From a phage, in assembly GCA_028909515.1 (NCBI GenBank), contig GCA_028909515.1_4811.1: 64,000 nt of DNA, one strand, 5' to 3'. This document shows, one piece after another, positions 29,990 through 37,998 of the stretch. Position 1 is the first letter of the stretch; every line of letters begins with the position of its first letter. Both the position numbers and the translations under genes were made by a program. The notes under the pieces are model-generated. The model was not told where the DNA came from. It made no database searches and saw nothing but the letters and a program-made list of their open reading frames with translations.

Positions 29990-30009
29990 TGGGTGTTGGT
30001 TATTTAACC

Positions 30010-30038
30010 GTGAATCGTGGGTCGTGAATCTTGGGTCG
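30010..30038. repeat. Tandem direct repeat GTGAATC(G/T)TGGGTCG, two copies
   Basis: Read directly at the left edge of the island. Confidence 0.6.
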
Positions 30039-30253
30039 CTTAGTGCGGCCCTTTCTTTTGCCTGCCGTGCAGGAGTGTACTGCAAATTTACTGTGGGTAC
30101 AAAATAGTACGGTACTGTCTAGGATTTTTTCTTTGAAAAGTTAGTGGACCAAATGTGTCGTATTTTGATTAGTGTACTACAAATTTCATCAAGTACCAAA
30201 ACGCACCAAAAGACCCATGCCATAAAAACCACACGAACGCAATAATCAATCGC

Positions 30254-30338
30254 CGTTACAGTTTCCAGCGTTACAATTCGAAAGCGAATGATTCGAAGCA
30301 TAATAATATGAAGCATAATGATTCGAAAGCGAATGATT
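30254..30338. repeat. Nested direct repeats in non-coding DNA
   Basis: ATTCGAAAGCGAATGATT twice, GAAGCATAAT twice between them, CGTTACA twice just upstream. The 18-mer contains a 5 bp palindrome. Confidence 0.6.
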
Positions 30339-30463
30339 GCGTGTAGGATAATATCGGTGGGGATTATTCTAGATGCATGTAATTTCGCATGCGTACTATT
30401 TTCGGACGAAGGGTCGGCATATTCCTCGTTTTAGTTCGGAACGAAGGGAAAGTTTTGCGCCTT

Positions 30464-30537
30464 TATAAAACAACGACTTACGCGACCCTCCCTAACGGTC
30501 CGATATAGGTGTCTATATAAAACAACGACTTACGCGA
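30464..30537. repeat. Perfect 22 bp direct repeat TATAAAACAACGACTTACGCGA, two copies
   Basis: Copies at 30464-30485 and 30516-30537. Confidence 0.7.
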
Positions 30538-30662
30538 TGTTCTCCATTTAACGTAATACCCGTTATGCGAACTAAGGCGCATCTCGGCGAAGATTATGCG
30601 ACGACGAAGGGAAGGATAAAGGAGTTTTCGCGGAGAAGCGCATCGGGATAGGGACGAAGAAA

Positions 30663-30681
30663 AGCCGCGACTAAGCGCGGC
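30663..30681 (-). terminator. Weak terminator-like hairpin after small acidic gene A
   Basis: GCCGCG, 6 nt loop, CGCGGC, followed on the minus strand by TTTTCTTCG. Confidence 0.3.
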
Positions 30682-30701
30682 CTATTAGTAACGGAAGGGT
30701 A

Positions 30702-30992
30702 TTATAAGGAGACGATTTTAAAATAAGTTACTTCGCCGCCAAGTTGCGGGACCGCGATATATTCGCCGCCGATTTCGGTAATCGTATAGACGAAGCCGTT
30801 GATGGTTACGCGGTAGGATACTACGTCCTCGTCGCGATACTTGTAAAGGTCGAGGAAGTTGATCGGCTCATAAATAGACTCGATAGTCGCGTCTACGTTA
30901 GAGAGATAAACGCTCTCTAAGGTTTCGCCAAATACGTTAGAGTTTTCGGAAGTCTCGACGCGAGCGGAACGGATAGCGGATAAAGTAATCAT
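30702..30992 (-). CDS. Small acidic protein, paralog A of a three-member family
   Basis: 96 aa. AGGAG site. Blocks shared with B and C, for example SVYLSNVDATIE with EVYAANVDQTIE. Confidence 0.55.
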   Translation of the reverse strand: MITLSAIRSARVETSENSNVFGETLESVYLSNVDATIESIYEPINFLDLYKYRDEDVVSYRVTINGFVYTITEIGGEYIAVPQLGGEVTYFKIVSL

Positions 30993-31016
30993 AATATTCT
31001 CCTAGTTAGTCGGGAG

Positions 31017-31037
31017 GGTAGCGACCTATTCGCTACC
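31017..31037 (-). promoter_or_regulatory. Leader hairpin in the 5' UTR of gene A
   Basis: On the transcribed strand: GGTAGCG, loop AATAGGT, CGCTACC. Lies between the -10 element and the ribosome-binding site. Confidence 0.5.
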
Positions 31038-31058
31038 TCATCCCCTCTCGATATAAAC

Positions 31059-31088
31059 ATTATAGTCTTAGTGTACGAATAAGTAAAG
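31059..31088 (-). promoter_or_regulatory. Sigma70-like promoter of gene A
   Basis: Transcribed strand reads GTGCTTTACTT...TTCGTACACT...TATAAT then GTTTATATCGAGAGG. Shared with the promoters of B and C. Confidence 0.5.
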
Positions 31089-31097
31089 CACTTTTCG

Positions 31098-31399
31098 TTA
31101 TTCTGCGATAAAATATTTATAAGCTTTATCGCCTTCTATATCGAGATACTCGACGATAATTAACGCTTCGCCGCGCGGCGTAACGGTTTCGATGAGGGTT
31201 ACGGTTTCGTCGTCGGCCCGAATGAAGCGGATGGCGCTACGTTCGGCGTACTTAATCTCGTCGAAGGAAAGGCCGACGAAGGCGACCGCGCGGACTTTAA
31301 TTCCGCTCCACTCTAGTTCCGCGTTAACGGCTTTAAGAAGAGAAGCGACGGTTAAGCGGTCTTCGTCGTAAGTAAGAAGAGAAGAAATTAAAGTAGCCA
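31098..31399 (-). CDS. Small acidic protein, paralog C
   Basis: ATG MATLISSLL with a GGGAG site, chosen over the longer track ORF (31098-31457). Confidence 0.5.
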
Positions 31400-31457
31400 T
31401 AATAAAACTCCCGATGCTAGTAGAAGGAAGGGCCATCACCCGTCTCGATATAAACAA

Positions 31458-31485
31458 GTATACGCGAGTGTACGAAGAAGTAAAG
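31458..31485 (-). promoter_or_regulatory. Sigma70-like promoter of gene C
   Basis: Transcribed strand reads CTTTACTTCTTCGTACACT...TATACT then TGTTTATATCGAGACGG. Back to back with the promoter of B. Confidence 0.45.
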
Positions 31486-31528
31486 AAAAAAAGATAAAAT
31501 AATTTATCTCATTTTTATCGAAAAAGTG

Positions 31529-31557
31529 CTTTACTTTTTTCTACACTATATTATAAT
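31529..31557 (+). promoter_or_regulatory. Sigma70-like promoter of gene B
   Basis: GTGCTTTACTTTTTTCTACACT...TATAAT then GTACTCATATCGGGACGG. Confidence 0.5.
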
Positions 31558-31580
31558 GTACTCATATCGGGACGGGATGA

Positions 31581-31601
31581 GTTAACGAATAGGTCGTTAA
31601 C
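31581..31601 (+). promoter_or_regulatory. Leader hairpin in the 5' UTR of gene B
   Basis: GTTAACG, loop AATAGGT, CGTTAAC. Same loop as the gene A hairpin; two stem positions differ and both are compensated. Confidence 0.5.
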
Positions 31602-31625
31602 GCCTCTCCCAACTAGGAGTTTAAA

Positions 31626-31910
31626 ATGGCTATTCTTAACGTTTCTTCTATTCGCAACGCTATCGTCGAGAACTACGGCGTAAAACAAATTTTATCCGAA
31701 GTCTACGCCGCGAACGTAGACCAAACTATCGAGGCGGGTGGGGTAACGGTCGCCGAGGCTTTTAAACTTTACGCGGCGCTACCGGAATCGGACCGCGAAG
31801 CCTTCGAAGTAAACGTTAACGGATACTTCTTCGAAGCGGTCGAAATCGGTAACATCTTACTCGTTATGGGCGAAGAAGAATTTGAGACCTTCTCCCTCGT
31901 CGAAGCGTAA
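31626..31910 (+). CDS. Small acidic protein, paralog B
   Basis: 94 aa. AGGAG site. All 7 Leu codons are non-CTG and both Gln codons are CAA. Confidence 0.55.
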   Translation: MAILNVSSIRNAIVENYGVKQILSEVYAANVDQTIEAGGVTVAEAFKLYAALPESDREAFEVNVNGYFFEAVEIGNILLVMGEEEFETFSLVEA

Positions 31911-31990
31911 GAGAGGATTTTTAGAGCGTCGTGCGCGGCGCTTTAATAAAATTCTTTCGCGCCTAGCGCCCTAACAAATAGGAGTTTATT

Positions 31991-32617
31991 ATGGTTAGCT
32001 TAAATCGTTTCTCGACTAGCGGCGACGTTATCGCAACTAAGACCGCCGACCTCGTTGCATTTTATAATGCAAATTCCGGTTCGAAGCCGATTAAGAAATT
32101 TGCGGACCGCCGGACCGCCGAGACTCGCGTAATCGCGTTAATCGAGTCCTTAAACGCGCTCGATGAGCCGTCCAACGAATCGCCCATTCCCGACGCGAAG
32201 CCGCGCGAGGAAGTGTCCAGCGATGTAAAAACGCATAAGGCGCGCGCGGTCGTTAAAAAGGCCGAGCCGACCCAGGAAGAACTCGACGCGATGAGCGATG
32301 AAGAGTATGAAGCCTTCGTTAAGAGCGGCTTAAACGATAGTGCGAATTGCGTAGTGCAAAATGGAACTCCTTCCCATCGCCGTTCGAATAGCGAAGGTAT
32401 TGCAAAAAGTTGGGATAATAAGGAAGTGGCGCAAAAGCGTCTTACTCGTAACGGTGTTATGGTCGAGGGTGTAGGCGAGTTCAAATCGGTCCGCGTAGCG
32501 TTCGCCGCGCTGGGCTTACCGGATAGCAAGCATATTCGCTTCCGCATGAAGCTTAAAGAAGCTGGACGCTTAAACTTCGAGTTCGGCAACAAGTCCTACA
32601 CCTTCCAGATTATCTAA
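31991..32617 (+). CDS. Hypothetical protein with island-type codon usage
   Basis: 208 aa. AGGAG site. CpG-rich codons. Contains two copies of the ATAGTGC(A/G)AAT DNA motif in different reading frames. Confidence 0.5.
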   Translation: MVSLNRFSTSGDVIATKTADLVAFYNANSGSKPIKKFADRRTAETRVIALIESLNALDEPSNESPIPDAKPREEVSSDVKTHKARAVVKKAEPTQEELDAMSDEEYEAFVKSGLNDSANCVVQNGTPSHRRSNSEGIAKSWDNKEVAQKRLTRNGVMVEGVGEFKSVRVAFAALGLPDSKHIRFRMKLKEAGRLNFEFGNKSYTFQII

Positions 32618-33545
32618 TCGAATGGCGGCCCTTCGGGGTCGCTTTTCATAGTGCAAATTGGTGGATTATGAATACTCTTATTCTCATCGCTACGTTGTCC
32701 ATCGGAAGTGGTCGCACCTTATCCCTTTATGACCATAGTGCAAATTGCGCTTACCCTACGCGCGTTGCGGCGATAGTTAATAGTGCAAATAAGATGCTAT
32801 TCGAGACTTGCTGGCGGGTCGATAACGAGAAAGGTCGGGTAGTCTTAGGTTATAGTGCAAATCTGCTGGTGGAGTCGTTCGATTGGACGGCTGAAGGTCG
32901 TAAATTGTTACGTAAAGTGACTAAAAGATGACTTATAATAATACACTTTCTAACGCGTTTATGGTTGCAACCTTCCCCGTCGTATTACCGACGGCCCTAG
33001 AAGTGGAGAAAATGTGTTCTAGGGCCGTTTTATAGTGCAAATTGGCTAGTGGCGGGAGAATTGCTCGCCTTCTTTGGCCGCCTCTCCAAAATCCTTGTAG
33101 AAATCGTCCATAGAACGGCCCATTTTACTATTGCCGTTTTCATCAATCATCGTGATGCCGTAGATGATATTCAGTTCACGAATAGCATTAAGCTTGGCTG
33201 ACGCCGCGACTTCTGGATCACGCACAAGCTTGACCAAATTGTGAATTGCACCTTTTACGCTCCACAAATCCTTGAGTGGCATCTCTTCCATACGCTTTTT
33301 GAAGCGCATTTTGTAGTATGGGTTGCGTTGCGCGCAAAGGATTCGCTGGCCAGTGTAGTTATCCGTTGCAACTTCCATTCCAAATACTAGTGCAAAAGCT
33401 GCGCGCATGTCATGGCCCTGAATAACAAGGTCAATGAACTCATCGAATAAAGCCTGATTGTGCTCTGCAAATCGCGGGTCTTCAAAGTCTTCAGGCATCG
33501 CTACATAATCTTGACTCATAGTGCAAAATCCCATAGTGCAAATTA
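32336..33545 (+). repeat. Same-orientation array of an 11 bp motif, ATAGTGCAAAT, at least 8 copies
   Basis: Copies near 32336 (variant), 32351 (variant), 32648, 32735, 32780, 32852, 33032, 33518 (variant) and 33534. Present in coding and non-coding DNA and in different frames. Confidence 0.6.
33046..33534 (-). CDS. Hypothetical early protein
   Basis: 162 aa. The start region overlaps two copies of the 11 bp motif; an alternative ATG lies at 33519. Confidence 0.45.
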   Translation of the reverse strand: MGFCTMSQDYVAMPEDFEDPRFAEHNQALFDEFIDLVIQGHDMRAAFALVFGMEVATDNYTGQRILCAQRNPYYKMRFKKRMEEMPLKDLWSVKGAIHNLVKLVRDPEVAASAKLNAIRELNIIYGITMIDENGNSKMGRSMDDFYKDFGEAAKEGEQFSRH

Positions 33546-33744
33546 ATAGTGTGAATTATACAATGGATGGACATTATATTCAAGTGCAGATTGATGTTCA
33601 TTATGGCTATAAACGTACACAAATCATAGTGCTGATAGAGTTGCGGACCGTGGTGCGTGGTGTACTGTTTGATACGTATAAAAGAAATCCATCCCTTTCG
33701 CCGCTTGCTATGCAAATCAATGACTTAGCCGCTGCTGGCTGGTT

Positions 33745-34120
33745 GAAGCGTATCATGACGTATCATCCGTATTGCCGCAAGTCTTTGTTTTTACTTATAT
33801 CTTACGGATGATACGTATAAATATAAGTTTAGTATAAGTATGAGGATGTAGAAAAAAATTAATTTAAATTAATTCAAAATGGAGTTAATTAATTTTCTGG
33901 AATTCTATATATATTATGTTTGCACCCGTATCATCCGTATCAGCGTATTTTTCCTTATAAATCAATAGCCCAATGATACGTCATGATACGTATGAATGAC
34001 TGCCTTCGCGGCAAAACAATCCCAGTGTATACCAACAATCCCAGGCGCGGCGCACCACAGGGCCACGGTACAATATCCTGTGAAGAGGTGACTCTCATTT
34101 CCTTATACGTATCATCATGG
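33745..34120. repeat. Iteron-like locus 2: GATACG-type repeats in both orientations around an AT-rich core
   Basis: GTATCATCCGTAT, ACGGATGATACG and GATACGTCATGATACG flank an AT-rich stretch at 33840-33920. Homologous to the locus at 17789-18090. Confidence 0.55.
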
Positions 34121-34483
34121 ACTACGATTACTAAAACTAAAAACATTATTAAAATTCTGAGCACCAACACCACAAGCACCAAGACCCACGGCTAACGCAC
34201 CGTTAGCCAATACTCCACGATAAAATATCCTATAAATTACAAACAATCCGCGTATATAATAGCACCATAATTATTTATTTTTGATTCAATATTTACACTA
34301 AAATAAGCCATTGTATTTTCCTCACTGTTCTATCCGTATTATTTAGTGGATTAAACTGTCATAAATACTTATAAACGTTGATTGCCACAATATGCAATAA
34401 TCTTGATAAATTATTATAATATTTTCGCTCTCTTAAATTACAGCCTTGAATCGTAAATAACCACAAAAAGCCTCACATTACAC

Positions 34484-34514
34484 AGGCAAACAAAAAGGGC
34501 CAATCGGCCCTCTT
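34484..34514 (-). terminator. Rho-independent terminator at the end of the minus-strand early operon
   Basis: On the minus strand: GGGCC, 4 nt loop, GGCCC with extended pairing, then TTTTTGTTTG, directly after the stop of the 34529-34981 gene. Confidence 0.55.
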
Positions 34515-34528
34515 AACATTAATCATAA

Positions 34529-34981
34529 TTAAAATATAAAATTCTTCACTCCAAGCCTTTTGAATTCTTTCCTTAACATTATATTAAACTTCTTCAATTT
34601 AGTTTTATTCATCCTTAGCGGATTGTAGGTGAACACCTTTTCTATTACTTCCTTACGCATCTTTGAGCGCATATTAGTTAAGTAATAATTCTTGAACATA
34701 TTAATAAGGTGATTGGCTTCCAGCTTAAGCTCAATTACTTCTTCCGATTCATCAAGCTCAAGCAGTCCTTTTTGCGTAAGAATATCTCTTAATATATCCT
34801 GACATTTCTTGCAATCACCTTTGCCTAAAAGCGAGTCGATGTAATCGCCGCTGACGCGCTCATCACCGAAATAAGTTGCGCGACCACAAAGGCTTTGCAC
34901 TTCTCCTTCATCAAAGTAGTGCGCACGATGAGCCCACTTCGGTATGGCCCAACCAGCGGCGATAAGCTTTTTACCCATCAC
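34529..34981 (-). CDS. Hypothetical early protein with Cys-rich N-terminus
   Basis: 150 aa. CGR...CKKC zinc-binding-like motif. Lys-rich C-terminal half encoded by AT-rich DNA. Confidence 0.4.
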   Translation of the reverse strand: MMGKKLIAAGWAIPKWAHRAHYFDEGEVQSLCGRATYFGDERVSGDYIDSLLGKGDCKKCQDILRDILTQKGLLELDESEEVIELKLEANHLINMFKNYYLTNMRSKMRKEVIEKVFTYNPLRMNKTKLKKFNIMLRKEFKRLGVKNFIF

Positions 34982-35403
34982 CCCTCCTTAACAACCCGAT
35001 AAGCAATAATGTCGCTGCCTTTGAGTGCTCCTATATGACCCCAGTGAAGATGGTCAGAAAGTCTCGACAGTACTTTATCACCTCCATTGCGCAGCTTGTA
35101 TTCAACAATCTCGCCAGGCACCGGATTCTCGCCACCAAACCACACGGTCCACGCTTCCTCCTTCGGCGCATCATCATCCACGCCTATAGTGGCAACAACG
35201 TCGTGCAACTGCTTAACGAGCGCCCACGCATCACGGACCTGCGAGCGTAATGCAACCAACTCGCGTTGCGCTTCACCATATTTCGCTTCCAGCGCGGCAT
35301 AGTCCTCATATTCAACGTAGCCGCCTTCATCATCCTTTACAACTTCGCAGGTGCAAGCGTGCTGCGTGCAATAATCAACATCGTAACGTTGTATCATGAT
35401 CAA
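34978..35403 (-). CDS. Hypothetical early protein sharing a C-terminal domain with the 36803-37303 product
   Basis: 141 aa. C-terminus WTVWFGGENPVPGEIV...SDIIAYRVVKEG. Confidence 0.5.
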   Translation of the reverse strand: MIMIQRYDVDYCTQHACTCEVVKDDEGGYVEYEDYAALEAKYGEAQRELVALRSQVRDAWALVKQLHDVVATIGVDDDAPKEEAWTVWFGGENPVPGEIVEYKLRNGGDKVLSRLSDHLHWGHIGALKGSDIIAYRVVKEG

Positions 35404-35660
35404 TACTCCTTGTTTACTTCTTCAATTATTTTTTCGGCCAATTTGATTGCCTGTTCTTTGTTTAACACCAAACATGATGTTTCACTGTATATCGACAGCT
35501 CAACAAGATTGCAACCTCCTTCACCATCGTTGTAAAACTGAATGCTGCACACATCGCCGTCATTATCTTCAAACTCAAAGGTTGGGCATTCAGGGGTCCG
35601 AAGATTGCTCCTGTCCTTGAACATTTCTTTTAAGCAATCATTAATCATTTTAAGCTCCAA
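35400..35660 (-). CDS. Hypothetical small acidic early protein
   Basis: 86 aa, overlapping start/stop. Confidence 0.4.
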   Translation of the reverse strand: MELKMINDCLKEMFKDRSNLRTPECPTFEFEDNDGDVCSIQFYNDGEGGCNLVELSIYSETSCLVLNKEQAIKLAEKIIEEVNKEY

Positions 35661-36136
35661 GTATTTAACAGGGTGTTTCGTAAGTTCTGCACTTCTATCT
35701 TGAGAAGGTCAATTTGCAAGTCACGATGGGCCAGTTCAGCGGCGATGTCCGACTTGCTGTAAAGTCCTTCATGAGTCATGGCATAGATGTGGCGCGTATA
35801 ATAGCCGCCCTCGTCGAGTTGCTCGATGTCACGCTGCCCGACTGCGTATTGTTTATCGGTCGATGGCGCTGGGTCCTGGATTTTGATTGATTCGACTTCC
35901 TTCAATGAATCGCGTGATGCTGGCCTGTTCTCTTCGAACATCTTTCCATCACCAATTTGCTTGCACCAAAGCGAATCGCCAATTGCGTATCCCCACTGGC
36001 CGCGCCAATCGTTCCATGCAGGCTTCCCCTCATACGCCCAGATGGTTCCGTTAGAGTCACGCGCAACGAATCGCGCACGAGCGTCTATTTCGTATTCTTT
36101 ACCTTCAAAATTGATGCGCTGCGTTTTGTTAGTCAT
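35645..36136 (-). CDS. Hypothetical early protein with a Trp-rich motif
   Basis: 163 aa. Motif VARDSNGTIWAYEGKPAW...GQWGYAIG recurs in the 39240-39557 product. Confidence 0.45.
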   Translation of the reverse strand: MTNKTQRINFEGKEYEIDARARFVARDSNGTIWAYEGKPAWNDWRGQWGYAIGDSLWCKQIGDGKMFEENRPASRDSLKEVESIKIQDPAPSTDKQYAVGQRDIEQLDEGGYYTRHIYAMTHEGLYSKSDIAAELAHRDLQIDLLKIEVQNLRNTLLNTWSLK

Positions 36137-36465
36137 GATGCATCCTTAGTTGGATAGAATTTAGGGTTGTTCTTATAGAACGCCTTGAGCCATGCCTTTG
36201 CTTCAGCAATGCTGCTGAACTCTTCCTTGGAGAGTCCGGTGCGGTCCTCGCCTGCGACCTTGAAATGGATGCGCACCTTGAGACGAAGGTTGGTTGCTCT
36301 CGCGTAGTGGCCTTCATAGCCGTCATGGTTAAGGCTTACTATCGCGGCGAGCATCTCGCAGTCTTCTTTATCGGGATTGCCGCTGTAACAAATCGGCCAG
36401 CCACGACGTTGGAATGACCTGTATGAGCCTGTCGGCTCAGGGTCCACGTACCATTTCAATTTCAT
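36133..36465 (-). CDS. Hypothetical early protein
   Basis: 110 aa ORF. Confidence 0.45.
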   Translation of the reverse strand: MKLKWYVDPEPTGSYRSFQRRGWPICYSGNPDKEDCEMLAAIVSLNHDGYEGHYARATNLRLKVRIHFKVAGEDRTGLSKEEFSSIAEAKAWLKAFYKNNPKFYPTKDAS

Positions 36466-36803
36466 TTAACCTTCTCCAATTGGAATCTCGTTTCAGGAAA
36501 GCCCGCAACAAACATGTCACGGCCCTCTACATCACGCTTCACAAACCATCTCATGCCGTTAACAACCGTGAAGACAATTTGCTTTCCATCAATAATAAGT
36601 CCTTTTGCCTCATAAAGCAAATAAGACTGACCGACCTTGAAGATTGACAGTTCTTTGCCTGTGCTGGTGCACTTGAGCCGCCACTTGGTGAGATTGGATT
36701 CACTCGCCTCGATGTCAACAATCTTACCGCGCAGCGGCGATGTGCGCTGAAGCTCGGCCATCTGTTCATCGAACGTTAGCTCACGGCCTTCTTGCTCTTC
36801 CAT
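36462..36803 (-). CDS. Hypothetical early protein
   Basis: 113 aa ORF. Confidence 0.45.
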   Translation of the reverse strand: MEEQEGRELTFDEQMAELQRTSPLRGKIVDIEASESNLTKWRLKCTSTGKELSIFKVGQSYLLYEAKGLIIDGKQIVFTVVNGMRWFVKRDVEGRDMFVAGFPETRFQLEKVK

Positions 36804-37303
36804 TATTCCTCCACGACGCGATAAGCGATGATGTCATACCCCGATTCTTTATGACTCCAACGCCATTTTTCGGATTTTGAAGGAAAAATCGTCTTTGTGC
36901 CTTGCCTTACCGCCACGCGGACTAACTTGCCAGGCACCGGATTGTCGCCGCCATCCCAATCAATCCAACCGTCAGCAGTCTTTTGTTTATCCTTCAAATG
37001 CTCATGCTTCTCACCGATGTGGGCGACAGGTTGACGGCTTCCGTAATAGAATGCTAATGCAACGTCGTAGGATGGATGAGTATTCGAAAGACAGATGTCA
37101 TCGCACCAAAGCTCCATGGTGCGCGACTTAAGCGTCATCATGTTAGTATACCACTCGATGGTGTAGTGGTCGTTAAGGTTGCCGACGATATAGAAGTTGC
37201 GACAAAAGTGCGCAGCGTCATCCGACTTCTCGCGGCTATAGCTTCTGATTGCGCCTGCCTTTACAGCCATTTCCAATACTGCTTCGAGTTGTTCGATTTT
37301 CAT
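36803..37303 (-). CDS. Hypothetical early protein sharing a C-terminal domain with the 34978-35403 product
   Basis: 166 aa. C-terminus GWIDWDGGDNPVPGKLV...YDIIAYRVVEE. Confidence 0.5.
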   Translation of the reverse strand: MKIEQLEAVLEMAVKAGAIRSYSREKSDDAAHFCRNFYIVGNLNDHYTIEWYTNMMTLKSRTMELWCDDICLSNTHPSYDVALAFYYGSRQPVAHIGEKHEHLKDKQKTADGWIDWDGGDNPVPGKLVRVAVRQGTKTIFPSKSEKWRWSHKESGYDIIAYRVVEE

Positions 37304-37536
37304 TTCTTTGCTCCTAGTTCAATTTGATAGCCGATTGACAATTCATTTTCGCCGATGTTGAATGCATCAACGGGCTGCGACATCACCGCTTTTAAATATA
37401 CCTTCTTGCGCCGCTTCGCCTTGTACAGACAACGGTCGCCGCTGCGGTTGTAGATGTTAAGCCAGGTGCGCTTGCTAATCTTATACGGCACATGCGGCTT
37501 GATGAACAGTAAACGGGCTTTAAGGTTGGATGTCAT
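37300..37536 (-). CDS. Hypothetical small basic protein
   Basis: 78 aa ORF. Confidence 0.35.
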   Translation of the reverse strand: MTSNLKARLLFIKPHVPYKISKRTWLNIYNRSGDRCLYKAKRRKKVYLKAVMSQPVDAFNIGENELSIGYQIELGAKK

Positions 37537-37831
37537 AATAGTATTTTCCTCCTCTCATGTTCTCTTTAATTCCTTGTAATGCCTCGCGACCCTTCTTTGT
37601 CATCACCACGGATGAATAGCGCGTCGGGTCTTTCTCTCCTGGCACCGCCCAATCAACAAGGCCCAACCGGAATAAGACAGGGATTGATGGCGCATTGATG
37701 TCGTGAAACAGTGATGGCCGCTTTTCATAAGCCTTCTTGCAATCGCCGCGCAGCATGTATGGCGTTCCGTCTTCCATGCGATATAATGTCTGAATCTGAG
37801 CTAGGCTTAATCTCATTGCTGTCTTCTCCAA
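37520..37831 (-). CDS. Hypothetical early protein
   Basis: 103 aa ORF. Confidence 0.4.
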   Translation of the reverse strand: MEKTAMRLSLAQIQTLYRMEDGTPYMLRGDCKKAYEKRPSLFHDINAPSIPVLFRLGLVDWAVPGEKDPTRYSSVVMTKKGREALQGIKENMRGGKYYYDIQP

Positions 37832-37998
37832 ACTGCGTGTAATGTTTTCTGGTCAAACTTGGACAGCGTTTCACGCTCCGAAGCCTTAAGGAATCGCGTG
37901 CCAAAGAACAGCATGCCTTGCGGCGTTTTAACGAGTGACACGCCTTTGTTGCGGTAGAAGCTTACCAGTGCTGATGCGTTATGGACTTCGGTACTCAT
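37813..37998 (-). CDS. Hypothetical small protein
   Basis: 61 aa ORF. Confidence 0.3.
   Translation of the reverse strand: MSTEVHNASALVSFYRNKGVSLVKTPQGMLFFGTRFLKASERETLSKFDQKTLHAVWRRQQ

Noticed and set aside
30010-30540. Possible CRISPR array from the direct repeats in the island
   Set aside because: Only two copies per repeat type, with unequal spacing and no regular repeat-spacer periodicity.
32070-32090. tRNA T-loop-like sequence GGTTCGAAGCC
   Set aside because: It lies inside a coding frame and no acceptor or anticodon stem can be drawn around it. I saw no convincing tRNA in the larger intergenic gaps either, though a proper scan could still find one.
32062-32592. 176 aa minus-strand ORF overlapping the 208 aa island gene
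   Set aside because: Antisense to the plus-strand ORF, which has an AGGAG site. Ser/Ala/Arg-rich artifact of the CpG-rich sequence.
32668-32931. 87 aa plus-strand ORF in the ATAGTGCAAAT array
   Set aside because: The reading frame is largely built from the repeated DNA motif, and the putative ribosome-binding site is too close to the ATG. More likely non-coding.
33491-34195. Several 70-96 aa ORFs (33491-33715, 33521-33811, 33955-34182, 33983-34195) in the second iteron locus
   Set aside because: They overlap each other on both strands, lack ribosome-binding sites and consist of repeat and AT-rich sequence.
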